DNA of 27,279 bases from Candidatus Thorarchaeota archaeon (GTDB taxonomy: Archaea > Asgardarchaeota > Thorarchaeia > Thorarchaeales > Thorarchaeaceae). Every line of letters starts with the position of its first letter. The stretch's first letter is position 1. The stretch lies in the NCBI GenBank assembly GCA_048882385.1, contig JBHLRQ010000035.1, positions 1 through 27,279 on the forward strand. Reading direction: 5' to 3'. A model generated the notes under the pieces. That model was not told the DNA's origin. It worked only from the letters and a program-made list of their open reading frames with translations, and did no database searches. Of this stretch, positions 17,288 to 25,999 are shown piece after piece. Made by a program: the position numbers and the translations under genes.

Positions 17288-17626
17288 TTGTCTCGAAAAG
17301 GACGTGGCGGAAAAAGGCCACAAAACACGACAGATTCTGATGAACCAATGAGAGTCAGAACGCCCAGACGTGATGATGGAGAAATGTTTGGAATCATCAT
17401 CCAGATGCTAGGTTTTGATAGAGTTCGTGTAAGATGTGAGGATCAAAATATCAGGATTGGTAGAATCCCTGGCAGAATGAAGAAGAGAGTCTGGATGCGT
17501 ATTGGTGACACTGTTCTTATCACACCTTGGGACTTCCAGAGTGATGAAAAGTGTGATGTTGTCTATCGGTACAGAGGAAATGAGATAGACTGGTTGGAAA
17601 AGAGAGGTATCCTGAAGGTATTTTGA
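17288..17626 (+). CDS. eif1a: Translation initiation factor aIF-1A
   Basis: QMLG..RVRVRCED...GRIPGRMKKRVWMRIGD...PWDFQ..K.DVVYRY. TTG start after GGAGG. Confidence 0.96.
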   Translation: MSRKGRGGKRPQNTTDSDEPMRVRTPRRDDGEMFGIIIQMLGFDRVRVRCEDQNIRIGRIPGRMKKRVWMRIGDTVLITPWDFQSDEKCDVVYRYRGNEIDWLEKRGILKVF

Positions 17627-17708
17627 ATCTAAGTCAAGGCTTTTCTGAGTACAATATCTAGTCTGAGATGGTTATATACTATAGACGAATCTAGGATGGC
17701 ACTCACAC

Positions 17709-18497
17709 TTGAAAAGAGCTGATAAAGAACACGAGCAAATCTTGTCGGAGCTAGATCGCCGTAAAATGAAGCGACGAAAAGATGTTGACGAGTTCAAAGT
17801 AGTTGAGGGTGTCATCGATCCACCTACTCTCAAGGTTTTGTATAAACTGCTGAATCGCGGAACTATTAGCGCACTTCATGGTGCAATAAGTACTGGAAAG
17901 GAAGCCAATGTCTATCGTGGAGAAAGTACCGAAGGAACTCCATTAGCAGTCAAAATCTACAGAATGTCTACAGCTGAAACTGATTTTATGCTTGAGTACA
18001 TAGTTGGCGACCCTCGATTCAAGAAGGTCCGAAGACGGTCCAGGTCTCTCATTCCCCAATGGGCAACTAAGGAATACAAGAATTTACACCGTTATTATAA
18101 CGCTGGAGTACGAGTTCCTCAACCCCTAGATATAGAGAGAAATGTTCTCGTTATGGAATTTGTGGGGGATACAAAAAGTAATCTTCCAGCTCCACTCATC
18201 AAGAATATTGAGATTCCCTCTCCCGTTAAGGTATTCAATGAGATAATTGCTATGATTGAAACTGGTTATACTATGGCTGGTCTTGTACATGCAGACCTTA
18301 GTGAATACAACATTTTATGGTTGGGGAAGCCGATTTTCATTGATGTCTCTCAAGCTGTTTTGATCCGTCATGACCACGCAAAAAGGTACCTGCTCCGTGA
18401 CATTCAAAACATAACCAATTATTTCAGAAAACTGGGTGTCAGTACTGAAGACCCAGAAGTCATTGCGAAACACATAATCTCTGTAGGTGAACAGTGA
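17709..18497 (+). CDS. rio1: RIO1 serine/threonine kinase
   Basis: ISTGKEANVY, AVKIYR, W..KEY.NL, LVMEF, LVHADLSEYNIL, IDVSQAV. Confidence 0.95.
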   Translation: MKRADKEHEQILSELDRRKMKRRKDVDEFKVVEGVIDPPTLKVLYKLLNRGTISALHGAISTGKEANVYRGESTEGTPLAVKIYRMSTAETDFMLEYIVGDPRFKKVRRRSRSLIPQWATKEYKNLHRYYNAGVRVPQPLDIERNVLVMEFVGDTKSNLPAPLIKNIEIPSPVKVFNEIIAMIETGYTMAGLVHADLSEYNILWLGKPIFIDVSQAVLIRHDHAKRYLLRDIQNITNYFRKLGVSTEDPEVIAKHIISVGEQ

Positions 18498-19063
18498 TGC
18501 TATACCATGAAACAGTCAAAGTCCCCCTTGATCGGGTTGGTGTGATTGTAGGACGTAATGGTAAAGTAAGAAAGCGAGTTGAAAAGCTAGCTAATGTCAA
18601 AATTGATGTCAATTCTGAAGGAATTGTTACAATAACTGCTCCACAAGAAACTGAAGATCCAGTTTTGGCATGGAAAGCCCGTGATATCATCCGTGCTATG
18701 GCACGAGGTTTCAGTCCCAAGAATGCATTATCCCTGATCGATGATGACATGCAACTCATTGTAGTATCCTTGCGGGATGTTGTGGGAAGTTCACCAAATC
18801 AAATGAAACGAGTAGCTGGTCGTATCATAGGTGAGAACGGACGTACGAGGAGAGTTATAGAACAGACTACAGAAACCAAGATTTCAGTCTATGGAAAGAC
18901 AGTTTCAATAATTGGCATGAGTCCCGGTTTGGACTATGCACGAAGAGCCTTGGATATGCTCATTTCAGGAGCTCCACACAGCGCAGTGTATTCTCGGCTT
19001 GAAAGTATGAGACGTGAAATGAATCGTCAAAGAGCGGAGCTTTGGGAAGACACGGATTTGTGA
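18494..19063 (+). CDS. KH-domain rRNA processing protein Dim2/Pno1
   Basis: GVIVGRNG, RGFSP..A, GRIIGENGRTR, VYGKTVSIIG, G.PHS.VY. Start overlaps the rio1 stop. Confidence 0.93.
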   Translation: MMLYHETVKVPLDRVGVIVGRNGKVRKRVEKLANVKIDVNSEGIVTITAPQETEDPVLAWKARDIIRAMARGFSPKNALSLIDDDMQLIVVSLRDVVGSSPNQMKRVAGRIIGENGRTRRVIEQTTETKISVYGKTVSIIGMSPGLDYARRALDMLISGAPHSAVYSRLESMRREMNRQRAELWEDTDL

Positions 19064-19117
19064 CGGATGTAATACCTCCTCTAATATGATTAGAGCGTTG
19101 ATTGAATAAGGAGTCAC

Positions 19118-20635
19118 ATGAGTCCTCAGAAGTCAACCATTACCAGCTTTGAAAGCATATCCCCTGCAGAATTTTTCTATAGAAACCGTCAGATGGCTGG
19201 TTTTGGTAATCCAACACAAGCTGTCTATTCTGCAGTAAGAGAGTTGGTTGAAAACAGTCTTGATTCATGTGAAGATGCACAAAAGTCACCCTCTGTTGGC
19301 ATAATAATCCAAAGCGATGAATCGGATATAGTAAGCATCACGGTTTCTGATAATGGCACTGGTGTTCCCTCAGAACACATACCCGACGCTTTTGGTCGAG
19401 TTCTCTATGGAAGCAAATATTCTCATCAACAAAAACGTGGAACCTTTGGTCTTGGAGTGACAATGGCTGTTCTCTATAGTCAGATTACAACGGAAAGTCC
19501 GATGTCCATTCATTCAAAGACCCAAGGGAATGATGGAGTATACTATCGTCTTCTTGTTGATGTTGAAAACAACCAACCGCTAATAGAGGAACAACGGATA
19601 CTACCTCGATCTGAAGAAGGCACAACAGTCACTGTTACATTGAAAGGTGATCTAAAGAGGTCTCAAGACCGCATTATAGAATATCTGCGCTTATCAACAG
19701 TATCCACACCTCATGCAAACCTCCACCTAACTATTGATGATGAAATTGAAATGAATTTTGGTGGTTTTTCAAATTCAATACCTCCTACTGCCAAAACATC
19801 GAACCCTCATCCTAGAGCTGCAGATGCTGAGTTACTTCGAAGACTTGTTCAACGATATAGCGAGAAGTCCCTTCATGACTTTCTCTGCACATCCTTCCAG
19901 AAGGTAGGTCCTCGAACTGCAACTAAATTTCTCAGATTCATGAACCTCAATCCGAATCAAGTCATTGGCAACCTAAAGCGTGAGGAATTAACGCGATTAG
20001 GAACTGCACTTCGTAACTATGATGGATTTGAAAATCCAGACAGTAAGTGCCTAAGCCCCATTGGTAAAGCAGAGTTCTTGAAATCAGTGTCATCTCTATT
20101 CAATACATCTGCTGCATATTATTCACTGAGAGGTCCTAACGAGTGGCAAGGCAATCCGTTTTTAATTGAGGCAGTACTAGCTACCGGCGATGATTTTCCA
20201 CGATCTGATATTCCTGCTCTCTATAGATTTGCTAATCGAGTCCCTCTCCTTTATGACTCTGCTGAAGACACAATGATGAGAGTAATGAAGAGAATAAGGT
20301 GGGCAAAGTACAACGTGCAGACTGCCATTCCTGTAGGCTTGTTTGTCCATATTTGCTCCACAAGGATTCCTTTCAAAGCTGCAGGGAAGCAATCAATTGC
20401 ATCGATTCCCGAAATTGATAGTGATGCTCTCCTCCTATTCAAGGAGCTCGGACGAAAACTCAGTAACACTGTATCAAAAGCGCAGCGCTCAGCTCGAGAA
20501 GCAAAGAAGATGCGTGAGTTCGCTAAATCATTCAGGCAAATAGTTCGGTTCAGTGCAACTCTTGCTGAACAAGAAAAGGTACCTTCCGTAGAGGAATTAG
20601 TACGTACTCTCTTTGAGGTGGATCCTAATGCGTGA
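19118..20635 (+). CDS. top6B: DNA topoisomerase VI subunit B
   Basis: SPAEFF, RELVENSLD, DNGTG, GSKY, RGTFGLG (GHKL), PHP, H2TH region, RFANRVPLLYD, STRIPFKAAGK. Confidence 0.95.
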   Translation: MSPQKSTITSFESISPAEFFYRNRQMAGFGNPTQAVYSAVRELVENSLDSCEDAQKSPSVGIIIQSDESDIVSITVSDNGTGVPSEHIPDAFGRVLYGSKYSHQQKRGTFGLGVTMAVLYSQITTESPMSIHSKTQGNDGVYYRLLVDVENNQPLIEEQRILPRSEEGTTVTVTLKGDLKRSQDRIIEYLRLSTVSTPHANLHLTIDDEIEMNFGGFSNSIPPTAKTSNPHPRAADAELLRRLVQRYSEKSLHDFLCTSFQKVGPRTATKFLRFMNLNPNQVIGNLKREELTRLGTALRNYDGFENPDSKCLSPIGKAEFLKSVSSLFNTSAAYYSLRGPNEWQGNPFLIEAVLATGDDFPRSDIPALYRFANRVPLLYDSAEDTMMRVMKRIRWAKYNVQTAIPVGLFVHICSTRIPFKAAGKQSIASIPEIDSDALLLFKELGRKLSNTVSKAQRSAREAKKMREFAKSFRQIVRFSATLAEQEKVPSVEELVRTLFEVDPNA

Positions 20636-21680
20636 TGCCAAAGTAGTCTTAAATGCTCTGAAGTCAATAGGCACACGAATACTCCAATCAATCAATCATC
20701 AAACTTTTCCGATACTTGAGATTCCTGATAGGTCGACGAACAATATCGTATTTGACGATACCACCAATCAATATGTTCTGGGTCCCTCTCTGAATACACG
20801 CGATTCAAGTAATGTGAAACACGTACGAAGTTTCGCTCAACTGACTTGGGCGGCAGCTTATGCTAAAGAACTGATACAAGCTTCAAGAACTAGTTCTCTC
20901 AGAGATCTCTATTATTCAGCTGAAGCATTTGGCATTGATTTCAATAATCAGTCTGAGTCAGACAGAATTGTTACAGACTTGGAGTGTCTTACTGGTTTGC
21001 CGAGAGAAAGTTTTGGAATCTATCCTGAGGAGCATTCATCAATATACGGAAAAGTCAGGATGCGTTACACTGTATCTGGATACGAAGGAAAAGAGATCGA
21101 CCTGACAGTGAGTCCCGACGGTCTTTCTATCGGTCCTTCATTGATGACAGCAGATCCCATTGATTCTGATGCAAATATCATACTAGCAGTGGAATCAGGT
21201 GGTATGTTCTCACGATTGATTGAAACGCGAGCATGGGATCGATTTAGTGCTGTTTTGGTACAACTTGGAGGGCAACCCCCCAGAGCAACTAGGCACCTAA
21301 TGAGAAATCTTCACACAGCTCTTGATATGCCAGTATATATTTTCACAGACGGAGACCCATGGGGAATGCATATTGCAAGGGTAATCACTAGTGGAAGTGC
21401 AAATGCCGCGCACATCAAAGACCTCACCATACCTTCCGCAGAGTGGATAGGTGTAACGCCAGAGGACATCACAGAGTATGCTTTGCCAACAGAATCTATG
21501 AACAATGCGGACTTGAAACGTCTTGATGAATTATCTCGCGATGTTCGATATGCTGAACCTGAATGGCAAAAACACATACACGAATTCCGCGAGATTAGGT
21601 GTAAGGCTGAGCAACAGGCTTTCAGCAGATATGGAATGGACTATGTTGTTGATACATATCTTTCAAATAAACTACTCTAG
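20628..21680 (+). CDS. top6A: DNA topoisomerase VI subunit A
   Basis: LRDLYY (catalytic Tyr), QSESD, TOPRIM VE...TDGDPWG, GQP..ATR, KAEQQA. ATG 20628 follows GAGGTG and overlaps top6B. Confidence 0.95.
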   Translation: MRDAKVVLNALKSIGTRILQSINHQTFPILEIPDRSTNNIVFDDTTNQYVLGPSLNTRDSSNVKHVRSFAQLTWAAAYAKELIQASRTSSLRDLYYSAEAFGIDFNNQSESDRIVTDLECLTGLPRESFGIYPEEHSSIYGKVRMRYTVSGYEGKEIDLTVSPDGLSIGPSLMTADPIDSDANIILAVESGGMFSRLIETRAWDRFSAVLVQLGGQPPRATRHLMRNLHTALDMPVYIFTDGDPWGMHIARVITSGSANAAHIKDLTIPSAEWIGVTPEDITEYALPTESMNNADLKRLDELSRDVRYAEPEWQKHIHEFREIRCKAEQQAFSRYGMDYVVDTYLSNKLL

Positions 21681-21687
21681 AACCACG

Positions 21688-22713
21688 TCAACCAAAGGGC
21701 ACCCCAAAAAGTAGAACCAACACTGCTCCGAATGCAATCACTGCTTGAAACAACAGGAGCAGAGCCACATTTCGTTTTTCGGTTATTCTATTGGAAAAGT
21801 GAGGTAGAATCCAATACATTGTGAATGGACCTACAACCTCCAATGTCCCATCTTCTCTTGGAGATGCGAATTTGACATAATCCATGTTCTTTCGTTTGAC
21901 ATAGAAACGATATGCCAAATAGAGTAGGAAATTGATTAGGAATGGTGTGTACATTATGATAGCTAACCTATCCATATTTCCAAGAATCAACGCCGATGCC
22001 ATTGCAGCCCCAAGGGGAAGTCTTCCAACATCTCCAGGCAATACCTTTGCAGGGTACCTGTTGAAGAATAGAAATCCAATGGAAGCCCCAAGAAGTGAAG
22101 CTGCGACGGTTCCAGAATCAATCAATGCTGTTGTCATTTCTTGGCCACTTATTATTGGGCTAACAATAGCATACAGCACCACTGCTGAAGCATTTACTGT
22201 GCTAAGACCTGCTTCAAGGCCATTCATTCCTCCGTACATATTTGTGGAGTCCACAATAAAGGTCATCATGAGAGGAACTATCAGAAGCGCATAGAAAATA
22301 CCGAAGTTGAAAGTTCCAATGAATGGTATTGTCATTGTTGGAGTTCCAACACTTAGTACAATCATTGGGATGGATGCAACCAAGGGGAGAGCCACCTTCG
22401 TTCTGTTTTTGAAGTCAAAAGTATCATCGAGTAGCCCAATAATCCCCGCCATGAGTATCGATACCAAAGCAGCTAGTAACCCTTCTTGAATATCGACTTG
22501 AACTTGAAAGGTCGTGATACCCATAACAACTAGAAGCCCTGATACTATCGCAAACAAGACAATGAATCCACCGCCTTTGGGAACCTCTGGTCTGTCAGTT
22601 TTATGAACATCAATACCGACCATTCCTTTCTCCCGAAGCGTTCTGATTGTTCCAGGCATGAATATGACCACAATTAAGAACGAAACCAATACAGCAATTA
22701 GGATAGTAATCAA
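21688..22713 (-). CDS. aglH: UDP-GlcNAc:dolichyl-phosphate GlcNAc-1-phosphotransferase (AglH/Alg7/DPAGT1, MraY superfamily)
   Basis: GIDVHK..RPEVP..GG, IGLLDD, NMYGGMNGLEAG, FNRYPAKVLPGDVG; about 10 TM segments. Confidence 0.85.
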   Translation of the reverse strand: MITILIAVLVSFLIVVIFMPGTIRTLREKGMVGIDVHKTDRPEVPKGGGFIVLFAIVSGLLVVMGITTFQVQVDIQEGLLAALVSILMAGIIGLLDDTFDFKNRTKVALPLVASIPMIVLSVGTPTMTIPFIGTFNFGIFYALLIVPLMMTFIVDSTNMYGGMNGLEAGLSTVNASAVVLYAIVSPIISGQEMTTALIDSGTVAASLLGASIGFLFFNRYPAKVLPGDVGRLPLGAAMASALILGNMDRLAIIMYTPFLINFLLYLAYRFYVKRKNMDYVKFASPREDGTLEVVGPFTMYWILPHFSNRITEKRNVALLLLFQAVIAFGAVLVLLFGVPFG

Positions 22714-22901
22714 AGACGGGTCACTTCCTGAGGATTTGGCATTTCATTTCAGTTTTGACCTTTTCGGGCAAACACAAAGTTGTGCATGCTTTCAACATCC
22801 GAAATCTATAATAACAAACCAGCGCTCGAGCGGACAATTCACCATCCAGTGGAATCTCAAACCATTGGACTGAACCCCTAATGAAACTACGGTGATTCGT
22901 A

Positions 22902-25883
22902 TTGAACCTGTTGAATATAAAGATAGGAACACTTCTACTGCTCGCTCTGTTTGTGAGTAGCAGCTTTATGGCAGTCAGTCCTATCAGTGAAATTATGGAA
23001 CCTGCAAACATGGTTCATAGCACTGACTTTGGATCTTCTTTAACCGAGTCTCAGGTGAATCTATCTATCCCATATGCTGATAATCACTATGGCTCTGCTG
23101 ATGGTATAATTGATCCATGGGAATATTCGTATAGATATACGGATCCTGTATCTGGGGTTACTGCATATCTAGAGCACAATGGAACTGCAATATTCGTAGG
23201 TTTAGAATCCCTTACATCGGGTTGGATTGGATTAGCTTGGCAGAACTACACAGACAGTTTCTCTAGTGCTGGTTTGAATAATAGTGACTTGATAGTTGGA
23301 TATGCTCCAAGTATTACACATTCCTCTGATTACTGGAGAGTCGTACCAACCGATGCGGTTTCGGTGCACTATATCCTAAGACTTCGAGATGGCTCTATAC
23401 TTCAAGAGAGTGACTATCCAGATCTCTCATCAACTGAGCCCGTCCAAGACCTCGCGGCACTTCAAATGTACAAAGATTCCATCATCGGAATGAGGATTGG
23501 AGAAATTCGCCATTTTGTGATTCCTGCTGAGGAAGCCTATACCTCGCCAGATCATGATCTGTATGGTCAAGACCTCGTCTATGATATCGAACTTACCCGG
23601 ATTTATAGAGAGAGTTTTGCCGTAACTAGTAATCCAGCAGATCAGAGCGCCATAATCTACAGTGATGAGCACGGAACTAGTACATTCCAACATGTCCGTG
23701 ACACAGACCAGTCTAGGATATTTCAAGCAGACGGCTCGGACAATGGTACTTACACGCAACTAGAATATGCCATTTGGTTGAATAGCACCGATATCAATGA
23801 CATTGCTCTCTTCAACAGCACTGATATCAGATTTCCATTTGTCTTCATGTTTGGTTCAAATGAGGAATTGAATGGACTACCGGTTCAACATACCTACTGG
23901 ACTAAACCCGCAAAGATGAATCTTGTTCCTAATGTTCCCCCTGAGCTTGTTATCGAGAGTCCGAAACAAGATGAAGTTGTTGGATGGGTTGCTTCATTAA
24001 AACTCAAAGCCACTGATGACTTTGTTCAACGTGCAGTCTATAAAGTAGATAATGAGGAAAATTGGGTTAATCTAACATATAATTTCGAATCAAAATTGTG
24101 GGAAGCAAATGCGGATATGACCTCCTACGATGAAGGTCCACACACGATTACGTTCAATGCATCTGATCCATCTGGCTTTTCTGCAATTGCCACTGTTAAC
24201 ATAGTTGTTGATATTCCGTACACTCCTCTTCTAGGGATGAAGGTCGATGCCACAAGATCGCTTATCACAACAGAGCATTTTGGTAGTCGAGTAATTGATG
24301 AATACACGGTCATCAATAATGGGTCTGCACCAATCAGTTCAATTGACATTTTCTTGCCTGATAGATATACAGGGAACTTTCTGTCAATGGAAGCAAGTGA
24401 TTCTGATGATAATCAAGTACTTGTTATTAGAATGGCAGACTCGAATGGTATGTTGCGATGGAGGTTATACTTCAATGAACCAGTCGGATTTCAGGAATCA
24501 TATTCATTTGAAACAACAATGTATATGACTTCGCTATTCTGGCTGACGGATTCGACAGAATGGGAGTATCGTCTTGAGTTCTTGAAGTATCCACTTCTGT
24601 CATCCGTCATTCGTAGAGCTCGTTTCTCACTTAGTTTTGAGGAAGGTGGTTCTCTAATCCCTGGTGAAACTATACCTGATTCAGATGAATCTAATATTGT
24701 ACCATTCACAGAGTCCGAGTTTGGCGTGTATCTACGAATCTTTGGAAACAATGTTGTCGCAGACCGGAAGACCACAATTGTTGTTGATGCTTGGGGATGG
24801 TTGGATTACAAGGAAACGATAACACTTGACAATGCCGGTGCAGGATCCTTGAACACCATAACATTCACAGTCCCTGCATATGCCACTAACATGATTATCT
24901 ACGATGAAGTGGGATTATTAGCACAGTCTCAACAGACCGCGGCAACTGGAAACTTCAACGAAACCAATAACATCGTCGTGAATCTTCTTGCAGATAGATT
25001 TGGATTAGGTCTTAAATCCTCATTCAAATACAAATTCCAAGTCGAATATGTAGTACAAGCATCAAGCTATCAAGAATCTGTGGCAAATGGGAACAAATTA
25101 ACTCCCCCAATGGCTCTCCTGTCTGATGTTCTTGTTCGCAAACATACCATAGATGTTGTGATGCCTGTATCAGTTTCGCTTGTAGAAGCATCAGGCGTTT
25201 TCAGGTCAATATACGGTGTCTTTGATACAACACTAAGGTATCTGTCATACAACACAACACGAAGAAATCCTGCTTCAATCGAATTAGTCTATCAGATTAC
25301 AATAGGGGCTGCTGCACGACCTGCAATCTTCGCGCTGATGATCGGCGTCATTGGTCTCATCTATGTAACCCGAAGAAAAGTCGAACTCCCTGAGGAAGTC
25401 ACTGGTCCTAGAGTCAAAGACGAATTCGATGACTCAAAACCACGACAGGTTGGTGCTCCATCTGAACTTCTCTCCGAGTTTGCTAATCTCTATTCAAGAA
25501 AGACTGCCCTCAATATGGACTTGGAAAAGCTTGATGCTGCTCGAAGGAGAGGCAAGGTTAAGAAACGTGAGTATATGATTCGTGAGAGAGACTTAAAGCA
25601 GCAAATCGATGAGATTGATTCCAGCTTGCCTAGTCTGAGAGATGATATGATTAGCTATGGTCCTAGATATCGTGACCTTGTTGCACAGCTCGAACTTCAG
25701 GATGAACGTATTGAGGGTGCAAAAGCTGGTTTGCGTCAACTCCTTCTTAGAAAGAAGAAACAGAGAATTAGTCGAGCAGCTTTCGAGAAGTCACGTCAGG
25801 ATTACCTGAAGACAATACAGAAAGCAACCACCGCTACAGATCGAATCCTGCTTGCGATTCAGGAAGAGGCTGGGGATATCTAG
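22902..25883 (+). CDS. Ribophorin I (OST1/RPN1)-like type I membrane protein with N-terminal DOMON-like, inserted FKBP-like and Ig-like domains
   Basis: Signal peptide; GWIGLAW...SDLIVG (DOMON-like); VSVHY..RLRDG...GMRIGEIR.FVIPAEEAY...LVYDIEL (FKBP-like). RKTTIVVDAWGWLDYKETITLDNAGA and IYDEVG resemble RPN1 R.IEVSHWGNI.VEE...L.H.GA and YRDEIG. TM helix at ~25320-25370; helical cytoplasmic tail. Confidence 0.75.
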   Translation: MNLLNIKIGTLLLLALFVSSSFMAVSPISEIMEPANMVHSTDFGSSLTESQVNLSIPYADNHYGSADGIIDPWEYSYRYTDPVSGVTAYLEHNGTAIFVGLESLTSGWIGLAWQNYTDSFSSAGLNNSDLIVGYAPSITHSSDYWRVVPTDAVSVHYILRLRDGSILQESDYPDLSSTEPVQDLAALQMYKDSIIGMRIGEIRHFVIPAEEAYTSPDHDLYGQDLVYDIELTRIYRESFAVTSNPADQSAIIYSDEHGTSTFQHVRDTDQSRIFQADGSDNGTYTQLEYAIWLNSTDINDIALFNSTDIRFPFVFMFGSNEELNGLPVQHTYWTKPAKMNLVPNVPPELVIESPKQDEVVGWVASLKLKATDDFVQRAVYKVDNEENWVNLTYNFESKLWEANADMTSYDEGPHTITFNASDPSGFSAIATVNIVVDIPYTPLLGMKVDATRSLITTEHFGSRVIDEYTVINNGSAPISSIDIFLPDRYTGNFLSMEASDSDDNQVLVIRMADSNGMLRWRLYFNEPVGFQESYSFETTMYMTSLFWLTDSTEWEYRLEFLKYPLLSSVIRRARFSLSFEEGGSLIPGETIPDSDESNIVPFTESEFGVYLRIFGNNVVADRKTTIVVDAWGWLDYKETITLDNAGAGSLNTITFTVPAYATNMIIYDEVGLLAQSQQTAATGNFNETNNIVVNLLADRFGLGLKSSFKYKFQVEYVVQASSYQESVANGNKLTPPMALLSDVLVRKHTIDVVMPVSVSLVEASGVFRSIYGVFDTTLRYLSYNTTRRNPASIELVYQITIGAAARPAIFALMIGVIGLIYVTRRKVELPEEVTGPRVKDEFDDSKPRQVGAPSELLSEFANLYSRKTALNMDLEKLDAARRRGKVKKREYMIRERDLKQQIDEIDSSLPSLRDDMISYGPRYRDLVAQLELQDERIEGAKAGLRQLLLRKKKQRISRAAFEKSRQDYLKTIQKATTATDRILLAIQEEAGDI

Positions 25884-25999
25884 GAGGGTACACTACCTTT
25901 CTAGTTTATTTCCCCTCACTCTTTCAGAAACATAGTACCAGTTAGTAACTCTTATCAAATAAAATGGGGACCAAAATTGTCCCTATGAGAGTGGTTTGA

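Noticed and set aside
20628-21680. Meiotic Spo11-like gene
   Set aside because: It overlaps an intact top6B in the usual archaeal rio1-dim2-top6B-top6A context, so it is ordinary topoisomerase VI.
22721-23011. 96-aa minus-strand ORF and other short antisense ORFs nested in long genes
   Set aside because: They overlap well-supported genes or promoter regions and have no recognisable motifs.
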